From the NCBI GenBank assembly GCA_965603825.1, contig CBFDEM010000004.1, positions 186,001 to 250,000 of the forward strand: a stretch of DNA of 64,000 bases. Reading direction: 5' to 3'. A program made the position numbers and the translations under genes. Shown here piece after piece: positions 1 through 14,183 of this stretch. The DNA is from Blepharisma stoltei ATCC 30299. Taxonomy: Eukaryota > Protista > Ciliophora. The notes beneath the pieces were generated by a model. It was not told the origin of the DNA and made no database searches. It worked only from the letters and a program-made list of their open reading frames with translations. Position 1 is the stretch's first letter. The number at the start of each line of letters is the position of its first letter.

Positions 1-284
1 CATAACCCTTGTTTTATAATGGCTCAGGCTATCCGATATTATCAACGACAAGAGAGAGTTGATCTAGAGAATTTAGGTTTTCAAATTCATTTCCCTAATG
101 GCAGACGTCGAACATTAAATTGTTTTATTATTTGGAGCTGATTTAGCATCGTAAGTAGCACTTATCAGTCTTCAGCTTATAAATTTGCATCATTCAATAA
201 AATTCCTTTTATGAGATATAGACATATTGAAATCTTCATTGAGCTTTCAGGGCTCTAAATAAACTAATAATCGTGACTCAAATC

Positions 285-3200
285 ATGTTTTCAAATGAAG
301 ACGAAATTAGCAATTATTCAATTTTCAGTAAAGAATTATGCAAGATTAAAAAAGAAAAATCGATATTAAATTCAATTTTCGAGCTTTACTATAAGCTTTA
401 TCATTCAAAGCTAATTGAAGAAAAATCTCTTCTTATCCAAAAGGTTGTAGAATCAATTGAAAGTGCAATTTGGTGTAGCCAAATTGCAAGTTTACTATGA
501 ATTCCTCATCTTCCAATTGCGAATTGAGATAAGAATATGGAAATTTGAGAAATCTTTGGGTATTCAAGACTGGACAACATTTGTTCAGAAATGGACCTCT
601 CAATTGATTTCCTTTACTTGTCAATTTCAATTACTTTTACACTTTTTTTAAGTATCATCGTTTTAGTTTTTATTATTTATCGCTCCTTCAATATACCAAG
701 ATTGGTTTTTGATATATTTAAATGAATATTCAATCTATGGATAATTATTATATTTATCCCATCTACGGTAATATATTCCATATTTTTGAAAAACAATATT
801 TTTGAACAAAAAGTTATATCTGAATACAAGAATAATAATGAGTCTGAGAAATTTGAAATAAGCTTAGCTTGGCAAATTTTGATAATTTTGGCAATGATTA
901 TTAATTTTTTGATGATTTCGTCTTATGCAGAATTTTCGGGAGAAATAAGGCACTCTGTAAATCAAAAAAACATAAAAGCAAGAGCCCACTCTAAAATTGA
1001 AATGCATAAAGCAATTTTTACGTATTTTTCAGCAATAGTTTATGTATTATTCGATGAAGATAGCATGATATATTTTCAATTGATTGAAATGATTGTTGCG
1101 ATATTTATTACTATAGAAATTATTATACTTTTACCATATTTTTCTTATTATTGCAATTTGATGCTAATTCTTCAATTTTTTACTGTTGCTTTTATTTCTT
1201 TTGGATTTATTTTAGGACATTGAATAGATAATTCGCTTTTTATTATTTTATTTACAATTTTTGTGTGGCCTCCATCTATTCTGCATGCTATACACGTTTC
1301 TTGAAAATACCAAAAAAATTTAAATTGGAAACTCCCTGTAGGTTTGATAGGAATAAAATCTAAATATCAATTAGAAAAAATTTTAAGACATTCAATGTGT
1401 ATAAGCGACAGTGAGCATAAAACTCAAATAATTTATCTGTTTGAAAAGTTTTTTATAGAAAATATCTTACTCAGAGATAAGCTTCAGTCCATTTGAATTT
1501 CAAATTACTGCCTCTATACTTTAAAAGATGAAAATTTGGCAAAAATTAAGTTATGCAAATCTAAAAAGATTCCAGAATGGAATATGGAAACAAATTTTCA
1601 GGAATACTTGTGCGATAAAAATATCAAAAATTCTCCACTCAGCGAAAGCTCGCAATATATAGACTATTTTCAACAATTAATTATGATTAAAAAGAAAGAT
1701 TTTAAGCTCTGCATAAAATTATTGAAATTCTATGAAGAAATAACATCATATAAGCCTGATCTTAAAAGGCTTTCTAAAAGCCTTGACTGGGTAGATAAAA
1801 GAATAAAATTTCTTGATAATCATTATACTGAGTTAACAACACAATATTTTTATTCTAAAGAATTTTTAGACCTTTATGCTTCATTTTCGAAAGACATTAT
1901 CTTTGACTTAGAAAAGTCTAATTTCCTTGAGAGTAAATTAAAATCAGCCGACCTCAATATGTTAGGCTCGTATTCAAAGATCTTGAGCAGTTTTAACGAA
2001 ACTAATGGCATATTTATAATATCAGCTGAAGAGGATAGCTTTGGGACCATTCTTTTCTCAAACTCTGTAGCCAAAAGTATTACGCAATCTCTGGTAACTA
2101 TTGATGGGTGTAATATAATGGATATTATTCCTTCTTACTATCGTGAAAAAATGAAAGAAGAACTTAATAATATTTTGCATTACAGCTCAACTGAAGAAAT
2201 TGATTTACGTGAAGGATTATTTTTAAATTTTCACTCAAATTTTATAGTAGAGTGCATTGGAAAAGTATGCATAACTTCAATTGATAATTTTTTTATTTTT
2301 ATGTTGATTTTCAAACAAAAGGAAACAAAAAATGAGATAGCATTAATTTCTGAAAATGGAGAAATTTGTGGGTATACCAAAAATTTTCCGAAGGCAGTCA
2401 AAATAAGCTCTGAAATTTTAGCAGGATTTAATATTAAAAAGCTATTTTCAGAAGAAAAAGAGTTTGACTTGCAATGGTCTGTCCCTTATTATTTGCAAAA
2501 TTGTGAAACTGAGACAATATTAATTTTTTCTTGACATCATTTTTATAAATTGAAAGTATTTTATGTTTTATTAATGAATGATTATGAAGAAATTCAAAAA
2601 TGAAAAAACAATAGCTATAATAATATTCAAGAAGAAAATTTTGCTCTTAGCAGGCAGCTTTCCTTAAAGCTTCCTATGCTAGAAGAAAACAATTTATTTA
2701 TAAGGAAAAAATTTTACGATTTAGATCTCGTGGATACTGATATAAATTTAAGTCCAACTAATATTAATAATACTACAGACGCTGATTGCAATTTATTAGA
2801 AAACAAAGACGAAAACAAATATCAGGTATCAGAAAAACCGCAATTAAAAAACTTATTACAGAAAGCCTTAATGTCAGCTAAATCAATCAATATTTTGCAT
2901 GCTGCTTTTATTATTTCAGTATTTTTAATATAGATTATTGCTGTTTTAAGCGCAAATATTTCAGTCTTATTTTTTGCAATTTCTAACATTAATTTTATCC
3001 GAAATATGGATCTTCCTATTGTTATTGGAAAAATAGAAAAAGGAATGCAAAATATTGCTGCTTCAGCACAAATACTCTGAGTTTTTGGCAGTAATACAGA
3101 TGATCTATCTAAAATGTTTTTATACCAAGCCACAACTTTTATGCAGGTTTTTCTATCCCGTCTAAAAAGTGTTTATTCAGATGTTACTTCTGATATTAAA

Positions 3201-4454
3201 AAGTGAGATTATTGCTCAGGAAGACAGATTTTTTTTGATGAAAGTATATATCTATGGAATTCAGATTTCAGTAGAAATGTCAATTTATTTGAGATGATGT
3301 TAAGATTCAATCAGCTTGTAAAAAATATTTAGGGAAATGATTTATTGGTAAAATTTAATAGCTCAGTAGATATTACAAAAGAGGCTTCCTTTCTAATAAT
3401 TAATGGCTATGGAGAAGCATTTAGACATTGCAATGAGTCTCTACATAATGTTATTGAATGTCAAGGCACAATTATGTCTGAGTTTAAAGCTGAAGTACAG
3501 CTTCTGCTATTATTAGGAATTGGTGTTTTTGCTTTATGTGCCTGCGCAATGATTCCATTTGGCTATTTAGCTATAAAATATGAAAGCAATCTTTGAAATA
3601 ATTTAAGAAAAAAAGTATATGATAGATATCCAGATCTTAAACAATTACTTTTAGAAAGAATTAAAAACACCCACTTGCAGCCTGAAATTCTTCTCAATGA
3701 CAAAAATCTTACGAAAAAAACGTTTTACTTCAAAAACTACTGAAAATACATTTGAAGAATTTCTGTGTGTGCATTGATCGTGATATTATTTTCTGTAATT
3801 AATATTACTTATCTTTATGAAAAATGTACAGAATACTTAACTTATAGGCCTGAAGTAATGAAAGAGTTAATATATGAGCAAATTTTGCAGAATTCATTAG
3901 TAATATGAACAATGAATTCTCAGTTTGAACTTTGGGGATGGCCATGAATTACATTAGCATATAAATTTCAGAACGAATACCCGTTTAAAAATAGTCTAAC
4001 CCAATATCAAGAAATAATGCCGAAACTTAGCCACTCTAAATTAGTTTTAAGGAACTCAAAATATTTATCAATATTATCTAATAAGTTTAGGACAATATTT
4101 TATGAGCATGCAAACTCTACTGATGATTACTTTAAGTATGGCGCTTACTCAGCTCAAGAGATAGCAAAACTTGATAGCGATTTGTTCGCACATTCGGATG
4201 AGAAAGCTCTGGACTTATTGACTTGAATATGATATATTACAATGCTAAGCAATAGCTATGATGGGCTTATCGATGAGACTGATCAATATTCTCAAAGTGT
4301 CATCGAAAATCAATTGGCAAATATAGTAGGAACATTTATAGTTTTTGCTTTATGCTGTGTTCTCATATATTTTTCATTGTATTTTGTGTTCTTTAAGAAG
4401 GAAAAGTTATATTTGCAGAGGATCAAATCAATGACAAAAATTTTACCGCCATAA
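285..4454 (+). CDS. Multi-pass membrane PAS-domain protein (TmcB/TmcC-like), copy A, ~1379 aa; introns 2919-2933 and 3318-3332
   Basis: ORF fragments 273, 786, 1536, 2676, 3345, 4017 and 4242 share one frame and join when TGA=W and two 15-nt introns are removed. N-terminal hydrophobic helices; PAS-like segments GTILFSNSVAKSI...GCNIMDIIP and LISENGEICG...GFNIKKLF; further TM segments at the C-terminus. Confidence 0.8.
2919..2933 (+). other. 15-nt spliceosomal intron
   Basis: gtatttttaatatag; in-frame TAG; position shared by all three paralogs. Confidence 0.9.
3318..3332 (+). other. 15-nt intron
   Basis: gtaaaaaatatttag. Confidence 0.88.
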
Positions 4455-5233
4455 TGAGAATACTATTTTATTGGTAAATGTGTAAATAAAATTATAAAAT
4501 TAACTTTGTTAATATGCATTAATATGATGAAAATATAAATTTGGGCTTTGACACAACAATCAGATCTTAAGGCTAACCTGAATTGTGATTAATGTGAGGT
4601 AGGTTTATGATTAGTTAAAGATACTATATGTTGGCTATTTCTCTACTTGAAATGATAGCTAGCTACTTCTTTTTGACTAGGAATAAAATTGCCCTTTTTC
4701 TTGTATGATTTCAAGTAATGCCACTTTGGAAAGTATCAAAATTCAAAAAAATCAATGAGGTCTCAATCTAGAAAATTTATAAGCAGCTATTCAAGAAGGA
4801 TAATAACTGATGACATTATAAAATAGTTCTAATTTGTTTTTGTTAATTTTTATAAATTAATAGAATTCCCATAAAAAGAATAATAATATAGTTTTTGAAT
4901 TCAAAAATAGATAAATCCCTCAAGGCTTCACATTATAAAACAATTTGCCTACATTTTTATGCTTGATAAATTTTTAAATACTCTTTTTCTCAATAAGAGA
5001 TGATAAAACCAAGTGTGCTAAAGATTTTTTTCAAAACTTGATTCCATTTAAGTTTAAATTAGATAAAGCCAGAAAGGTAACGGATGCTTAGTAATGCATA
5101 AATTAAATAAAACAGGAAAGATCAAAAAACCCTTCTTAGAATTAAATATTTTACTTTTCTATATTATTCAATTTATATCAGGAGAAAACGATATGGTGAT
5201 TTGCCTTATATTAATTTTTTTATATTACACTTT

Positions 5234-8200
5234 ATGGGAGTCCCTGAAGCTGAAATTGGTGAGCATGAAGAACTAAACAAAAGTCTATGAAGGACCAATG
5301 CAGAAATAACGCTAAAAAATTCAATTTTCGAGTTTTTCTATCAACTTTATCATACAAAAAATATTGATGAGCTATCAATTTTAAGCCAAAAAGTGAAAGA
5401 AACCTTTATAGCAATTATTTGGTGCCTTCAAATAATGAGCTTACTGTGAATACCAAATCTACCAATATCCAATTGAAGTAAAAATATGACGATGTGAGAA
5501 ATTATAGGATACTTAAGACTTGACAATATTTGCTCAGAATTCGAAATTATTACCGAATTCTTTTTTTTGACTATTATCATGGCTTTTATAATTTTTTTAT
5601 GTATTACAGCTATGACTTTGCTATATTATAATTCGCATAATATTCCAAAATTTATCCTTACTATTTTTAAATCAGTTTTTGATATATGGGCGATTGCCTT
5701 TTTAATACCTTCAATTACATTATTTTCAGCATTTTTGAAATATAATTTATTATCTCAAGATATATCTGCATATGAAAGCAATAATGATCAAGATGAATTT
5801 AAATTAAGTTCTATCTCGCAATTAATCATAATTTTTATTATGATTCTTATATTTCCTTTGATTATAGTCAATCAAGAATTTTCTGGTTTAATTAGGCATT
5901 CAATAAGCAGCAGAGTATTAAAAGCAAAGGCTCATTCTAAAATTGATGTCCACATTGCAATTTTTACTTATTTTTCTCCAATACTTTATGTCTGCACTGG
6001 CAAAGATTACATGGTTTATTTTCAATTATTTATGATGATTATTTCACTTATTTTGATATGAGAAATTGCGAATTTTTCTCCATATTTTTCATTTTATTAT
6101 GGCTTGCTTAAAATTCTTGAGCTCTTTGCTATTGCTTTAATCTCTTTTGGTTTTATTTTAGGACATTTAATGGATAATTCCCTAGTTATTATTTTTATCG
6201 CAGTCATTTTAGGGCCATTTTCAGCTTTATTTGTTATACAATTTACGTTAAATTTGCAAAGTAAATTCAATGTGGATATTCCAGAAAATTTGTTAGAGAT
6301 ATATTCTAAATATGAATTAGAGAAATCATTGAGGCATTCATTATGTTCTAACGATTTTGAACATAAAGATCAGATAATAAATATCTTTGAAACGTTTTTT
6401 AATGATACAGGGTTTGACAGAGATAAACTTCAGCTGGTCTGAGTAGCAAACTATTGCTTATTTACATTAAAAGATGAATCATTAGCAAAAATTAAGTTAA
6501 GCAGGACCAAATATATTTCAAAATGGAACTTAGAAGCTGATTTTCAAATATATTGTACAAATAAAGTTATCCAAGGTTCTGTAACAAGTGAAAATGAACA
6601 ATATATTATTTATTTGCAGCAATTCCATCTGATAAAAAATAAAGATCTAAAGCTATGTGTCAATCTATTGAAATTCTGGGATGAATTGACTTCATCAAGA
6701 CCTGATCTTAACAGACTAAAAAAAAGGCTAGCCTTAATTAATAAAAATATAGTATTTATCGCAGAGAAGTATAGCCAGCTCTCAACAAAATTTTGCAATA
6801 GCAGAGAAGCTTTATCACTCTATACTTCCTTTATGAGAGATGTTCTTTTTGATAATGAAAAATCGAGATTTCTTGAAAATAAATTAAGATTTCTTAGTAT
6901 AAGCATTGGTAATTCCGGCTTAAACCCTTTTAGCTTTTTTGATGATACCAATTCTATATTAATAGTTTCAGCTGAAAAAGAAAGCTTTGGACGAATTTTA
7001 TTCACAAATGCCCAAGCAAAAAACATAATGAAACTTACTTCATTAAACTTCGATAGAGGCAATATAATGAATTTTATTCATTCTTATTATTGAAGACAAC
7101 TAAAAGAGTTTGCTATTCGATACTCACATTTTTGCTCTAATTCAGAAATTAATTTAAAGGAAGGCTTCTTTTTGAACCTTCCTTCAGAATTTTTAATAGG
7201 ATGCATAGGAAAAGTATCAGTAACCGCAATTGGTAACTTTATTGTTTTTGTATTGGTTTTTAAGCAAAGTCCTAAAAATTACCAAATTGCTTTACTATCT
7301 GAAAATGGAGAAATATTGTGTCACACTAAAGACTTTGCTGAAAGAGCTGGAAAAAAACCTGATAATTTAGTAGGCTGCAATATAAAACATTTATTTCCTA
7401 ATATAGAGCAATATTCCATCAATAATGACTTTGCTAAATCAGAAAGCAGCCTATATTACTCCATTGCTTATTTTCAAAACTTAAAGATATATTATGCTTT
7501 GCTTATAAGTGATTATAATGAGATTCAAACATCAAAAAATGAAGATATAAAATATACACTTGATATAAAAGGAAAAAAAGATATAAAAAGTCATTCATCT
7601 TTGAACTTATTAGAATGGTTCGATAAGGAATTTAAAAAAGAATCTCAAATTGAATTATCTTATAACTCTGAAATGCATCTAAATTCTCAAAACTTTAATA
7701 AGATACCAGGAAAATTTGAAATGAATTATATAGAAAATTTTGAAGAAGAAAAATCTGAAGTTTTGAGAAATAACAGATTTACTAAATTGGTGTTATCATC
7801 TTCTAAAAAAATAAACATGCTACATTTTGCTTTCATTTTATCGGTAAATGTTATATAGATTTTATCAGTACTTGGTACGAACATTGCAGTTTTATTTTAT
7901 GCATTCTATAGTATTGAATTTATACGAAAAATGGATCTTCCAATAGCTTTAGGAAATGTCGACTCAAAATTGCAGCACGTATCATTAACTGCAAGAATGA
8001 TGTGATCACTTTCCCATTATGGAGGCCCTGATACTGCATATGCATTATATATAGCATACCTATATTTTCCATCTCATTTGGACATATTAAAAAATCTTTA
8101 TCTCAATATTACTTCAAGCTTAGTAGATTGAAATTACTGTTCAGGCCAAAGCATTTTTATTGATGATAATATAAAACTATGAAGCTCAAGCGCAGAAAGG

Positions 8201-9377
8201 AAAATAAATTTGCTAGACTTAATTTCCAAATCAATTCAATCTGTAAATACTTATATAGGGTAGCGATTTTATAAAAAAATACAATAATAGTGAAAACTAT
8301 AAAAATGAAATCACGTTTTTAGCATTGAATAACTTTGGAGAAGTGACCAGATACTGCAACAATTCTTTATATCAAGTTATAGATTGCCAAAAATCAATGA
8401 TGCTTGATTTTAAGACTGAAGTATACATCCTTCTAATACTAGGGGTTGGCGTTCTTGCTTTATGTATTTGTGCTATGGTCCCATTTTGCTACTCAACAAT
8501 TAATTATGAAGATGAGCTTTGGAATAATTTGAGGAAAAAAGCTTATGAGAATTATTCTGAGCTGAAACAAAATCTATTAGAAAGAATTAAGCGTGTCCAC
8601 TGCCAACCTGAAATACTAGTCAATCATAGAAAGCCTTCAAATAATAAAGCTAACTTTAAAAGCTATTACAAGTATGTCTGGAGAATTTCTATATATTTTA
8701 TTGCTGTAACAGCTTTTTCTATAGCTAATATCGCTTTTCTCTACGAAAAATGCACAGATTATTTATCATATAGGCCTGATATAATGAAAGAAATGATAAA
8801 TAGGCAAATTTTACAAAACTCTATTATGACATGAACAACTCTTTCTCAGTTCGAAACCTTAGGAATTCCGTTAGTAGATGAATTTGTTAATTTGTATCCT
8901 TATATGAATAGTAGTAGTGAATTTCAAAAAGTATTGTCATTGATTGAGCAGTCAAAAGTCAATTTAAGAAATCCAAAATATTTACCTATTCTATCAGATT
9001 CATTCAAAAATGTATTTTATAAAAAAGATAGCTATTATATTGACTATTTTAACTATGGTACAAGCCCTGGAGAAGAATTATTGCTGAGGGAAAGCTATTT
9101 TTATGCATACTCAAATTTGTTTCCTGATTTGTGGATAGATTGATTAATTGATTTTTCGATTTTAAACACGCGCTATGGAGAACTTGCTAATGAAATTGAT
9201 CAGCATTCACAAAGTGTGATTGAGGCTCAAGTTAATGCTATCGTAGCAACTTTTGTGTTTTTTGCTGCAAGCTCTATTGCAATATATTTTTTGCTATATT
9301 TTGCATTTTTCAAGAAAGAGAAAGAGTGTTTGGGAAGAATCAGCTCAATAATGAAACTTATGCCAAATAAAAACTAA
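5234..9377 (+). CDS. Multi-pass membrane PAS-domain protein, copy B, ~1370 aa; introns 7844-7858 and 8243-8258 (16 nt)
   Basis: Starts MGVPEAEIGEH; collinear with copy A (NSIFE, KAHSKIDVH, RDKLQ.W.ANYCL, WNYCSG); the 16-nt intron explains the frame change between ORFs 7172 and 8325. Confidence 0.8.
7844..7858 (+). other. 15-nt intron
   Basis: gtaaatgttatatag. Confidence 0.9.
8243..8258 (+). other. 16-nt intron
   Basis: gtaaatacttatatag; restores frame. Confidence 0.9.
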
Positions 9378-9742
9378 GCTAAAGAAATATTTAATTGTAT
9401 CATTTTTAATGTTTAAAATAAATTATTTTTTGGCTAAAATCAAGATTGATAAATTATAAGTCAGTTATATTATTGGTAATCTAATTAAAGTAATAAGTTT
9501 TGTGTTGTCTCTTTTATAAAAATTTATTTTGCTTTTTTATTTTATAAAATTATTTAAATTTTTCAGATCTTAAGTTTTTTTTAAAGTTTAAGTTTTGCTC
9601 TACAAAAGCTTATACAAAATTTCGAATTTTTTTTCTTCAAATAGCATCCTTGATCATTTAGTTAGTATGTGTAATTATAATAAATTAAATACTTTTTAAC
9701 CTTTAAATGTTGAAATAATACTAAATAATTGCCTATCATATC

Positions 9743-12700
9743 ATGTTTTCTAAAGAAGACGAAATTAGCAAATTTTCTTCTTGCAATAAAGATATATACA
9801 AGGCCAAAAAAGGAAAATCAATAATAAATTCAATTTTTGAGCTTTATTGCCAACTTTATCATAGCAAGTCAATTGAAGAAAAATCCCTCTTCAGCCAAAA
9901 GGCTACAAAATCTATTGAAAGTGGAATTTGGAGCTGTCAAATTGCTAGCTTATTATGAATTCCAAGCCTTTCAATTGCAAATTGAAATCAAACTAAGAAA
10001 ATTTGAGAATTTATTGGTTACTCAAGGCTTGACAACATTTTTTCAGATTTGGATCTCTTATTTGAGTTTTTTTACTTGTCAATTACTATTACTTTTGTGC
10101 TTTTTTTAAGTTATAACGTTTTACTTTTTATTACTTATCGCTCCTTTATTTTGCCAAGATTAGTCTTTGATATATTTAATTGAGTTTTCAATTTATGGAC
10201 AATTATGCTATTTATTCCATCCACGGTAATATTTTCCATATTTTTGAAGTATAATTTTTTACCTCAAAAATTTATATCTGAATACAAGAATAATAATGAT
10301 TCAGAAAGTTTTGAGCTTAGCATAGCATGACAGATCTTTATAGTTTTAGCAATGATTATTAATTTTTTGATGATTTTATTTTATACTGAATTTTCAGGAG
10401 AAATGAGGCATTTTGCCAGTGAAAAGATTATCAAAGCAAAAGCTCATTCCAAAATTGATGTTCATACTATAATTTTTACTTATTTTTCAGCAATGATTTG
10501 TGTGCTATTTGACGAAAATAATATTATTTATTTTCAGCTGGCTGAAATGATTATTTCAATCCTTATAATTATAGAAATTATTGTGCTTCTACCATATTTT
10601 TCTTACTATTCCAATCTAATGCTCACTCTTCAGTTTCTTACTGTTGCTTTTATTTCTTTTGGGTTCATTTTAGGGAATTTAATTGATAACTCGCTATTTA
10701 TTATTTTAATAACAATCTTTTTGTGACCCCTATCTGTTCTATTTGCTATACAAATTACTTGGTTATTTCAAAAAAAATTAAATTCAAAGCCCCCAATCGA
10801 CTTGACAGGAATTAAATCTAAATACCTGCTGGAAAAATCTTTGAGACAGTCGTTGTGCAAAAATGATATTGAAAATAAAAGCCAGATAATTTACCTCTTT
10901 GAAAAATTTTTTCTAGAAAATGTCTTGCTTCGAGATAAGCTTCAAGGTATCTGAATGGCAAATTACTGCCTTTTTACTTTAAGAGATGAATCCCTAGCAA
11001 AATTTAAGTTATGCAAATCTAAAAAAATTTTAGAATGGAACTTGGAAACAAACTTTCAGGAATATTTATGTAGCATTAATGCTAAATGCACTTCTCCTAG
11101 TGAAAGTACAGAGTTTATAGATTATTTTCAGCAATTAATGATAATAAAAAATCAAGATTTTAAGTTATGCGCAAAATTATTGAAATTCTGAGAAGAAATA
11201 ATATCGCATAAGCCTTCTCTGTGCAGGCTTACTAAAAGTCTGGACTGATTAGATAAAAGAATCCTATTTCTTAATAGTCAATACACAGACCTAACAGCAA
11301 AATTTTTTTATTCCAAAGAATTTTTATCCCTCTATGCTTCATTTTCAAAAGATGTCCTTTTTGATCAAGAGAAATCTAATTTTCTTGAGAATAAACTAAA
11401 ATCAACTGACATAAATATCATAAGCTCATATCCAAAAAGCTTTAGCTGATTTAATGACATTAATGGAGTCTTAATAATATCAGCTGAAGAGGAAAGCTTT
11501 GGCCAAATCCTTTTCTCTAACATAACAGCCAAAAGCATAACAAAATTATGAACAATTGACGAAATCAATATAGTGGATATTATCCCCTCTTACTATCGTG
11601 AAAAAATGAAAGAAGAACTTAATAATATATTGCATTACAGCTCAACTGGAGAAATTGACTTAAGCGAAGGATTATTTTTAAATCTTAACTCAAATTTTAT
11701 AACAGAGTGCGTTGGAAAAGTATTTATTACTTCAATTGATAATTTTTTTATTTTTATGCTGATATTTAAACAAAAGGAAGCAAAAAATGAGATAGCATTA
11801 ATTTCTGAAAATGGAGAAATTTATGGGCACTCAAAAAACTTTCCAAAAGCAGTCAAAATAAACTCTGAAAATTTAACAGGGTTTAATATAAAAAAGCTAT
11901 TTTCAGAAGAAAAAGAGTTTGATTTACAATGGTCTGTGCCTTACTATTTGCAAAATTGTGAAAATGAAACTCTATTGATTTTTTCTTGAACTTATTTTTA
12001 TAAATTGAAAGTACTTTATGCTTTATTAATAAATGATTATGAAGAAATTCAAATTTGAAAAAAGAATAATTCTGCTCTTCAAGAAGAATTTGCTTTGAAT
12101 CGGAAATTATCATTAAAGCAAACTAAGTTGGAAGAACATAAAAAATTTAGCTGGAAAAAAATATATAAATTAGAAAAGGAAAGCACTCGATCTGATTTGA
12201 ATTTAAGCCCAGAAATTATTAATGATACTACAGATGATAATTACAATTTATTAAAAATAAAAGATGAAGAAGACAAATACTTAATATCAGAAAATCCACG
12301 ATATAACAATTTTCTTAATCAAGCCTTATTGTCAACCCAATCAATCAATATTTTGCATGCTGCTTTTATTATATCAGTAAATTTTATATAGATTATTGCT
12401 GTTTTAAGCACAAATATTTCAGTCTTATTTTTTGCATTCTCCAACATTAATTTTATCCGAAACATGGATCTTCCTATAGTTATTGGAAAAATAGAAAAAG
12501 CAATGCAAAATATAGCCTGCACTGTAGAAATACTTTGATTATTTGGAAGTGATACAGAGCCTTCCTCTCAGATAATTTTATATCAAGCTAAAACCTTATT
12601 ATCAGTTTTTGTAGATCGACTGAAAAGCTTATATCTGAACGTTACTTCTAATATAGAAGATTGAAATTATTGCTCAGGACAGCATATATTTTATGATAAA

Positions 12701-13906
12701 AGTATAAATGCCTGAAACTCAGGTATTAATGAAAAAACAAATTTATTTAATATGATTTTAGAGTTCATTCAGATGGTAAACAATATTTAGGGGAATAAAT
12801 TAGCAATAAAATTTAATAGAACAGAATATATTTCGGAGGAAGCTTCGTTCCTAATAATAAATGGCTATGGAGAAGCATTTAGACACTGCAATAGCTCTTT
12901 ACATGAAGTTATTGAATGTCAAAGCTCAATAATGTCTGATTTTAAAGCTGAAATGCGGCTTCTGCTGCTATTAGGAATTTGCGTCCTTGCTTTATGCTCC
13001 TGTGCAATTATTCCATTCGGCTACTCTGCTATCAAATATGAAAGTAAACTTTGAAATAATTTAAGAAAAAAAGTATATGATAACTATTCTGAGCTTAAAC
13101 AATCCCTTTTAGAAAGAATTAAAAATACTCACTTGCAACATGAAGTTCTGCTCAGTAATAAAAAATCTACAAAGAAATCATTTTACTTCAGAAATTACTG
13201 AAAATATATTTGAAGAATATCAGTTTATGCATTGATCGCTACTATGTTTTCTGTAACTAGCATTACTTATCTTTATGAAAAATGCACAGACTATTTGACT
13301 TACAGGCCTGAAGTAATGAAAGAATTAATATATGAACAGATTTTACAGAATTCTTTAGTAATATGAACAATGAATTCTCAGTTTGAAATTTGAGGAGTAC
13401 CATTAGTATATAGATACCCTAATGCGTACCCATTTATGGATAGTATAGCTGAGTTTGAAGAATTTATGCCAAAGCTCGGCCATTCTAAATTAGTATTAAG
13501 AAATTCGAAGTACTTACCAATATTATCTACTAAGTTTAGGAAAATATTTTATGAGCATATAGATAATTCACCTATTGATTATTTTGAGTTTGGTGCATAC
13601 ACAGCTCAAGAAATGGTAAAAATTGACAGCTATTTACTTGCATACACGGACCAAGACCCTTTGTTACTATTAAATTGAGTATTTTATATTGTAACTCTAA
13701 GCGATAGTTATGATATGCTTATTGACGAGATTGATCTATATTCTCAAACCATAATTGAAGACCAAATGGCAATTATAATAGGAACATTCGTAGTTTTTGC
13801 TATATGCTCTATCCTCATATATTTTACATTGTATTTTGTGTTCTTTAAGAAGGAAAAATTATATCTGCAGAAGATCAGATCAATTATGAAAATTGTGCCT
13901 ACATAA
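9743..13906 (+). CDS. Multi-pass membrane PAS-domain protein, copy C, ~1377 aa; introns 12377-12391 and 12776-12790
   Basis: Single frame with TGA=W; close to copy A (both contain DIIPSYYREKMKEELNNILHYSST); same intron positions as A and B. Confidence 0.8.
12377..12391 (+). other. 15-nt intron
   Basis: gtaaattttatatag. Confidence 0.9.
12776..12790 (+). other. 15-nt intron
   Basis: gtaaacaatatttag. Confidence 0.88.
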
Positions 13907-14183
13907 TAAGTGGGTATATTTTATTGGCAAAAATGCTAAATTCATAATAATATAAAATTTCTTTTATAAATCAATAAATTTCCATATTTCAGGCTTTCAA
14001 ATTAGTGTTAATATCAAATTTATAAAATTTTATAAAAAATAAGGCAACTAAAGATATTCGCTTAAATAAAATAATAATTAAATCATCTGCCAAACTAAGA
14101 TTTAATCATCAATAAATATGCAATCTAGTTACGGGTTTACTTAAAAAGGTCAACTAGATTTAAAAAAATTTGTAGGAATTTAA

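Noticed and set aside
1-258. Open + frame from the window edge to TAA at 256-258
   Set aside because: Could be the 3' end of an upstream gene, but it has no recognisable motif and is too short to support.
285-13906. Pseudogene cluster suggested by many short ORFs
   Set aside because: In the stretches I translated, every interruption is TGA (Trp) or a position-conserved micro-intron, and frames stay consistent end to end.
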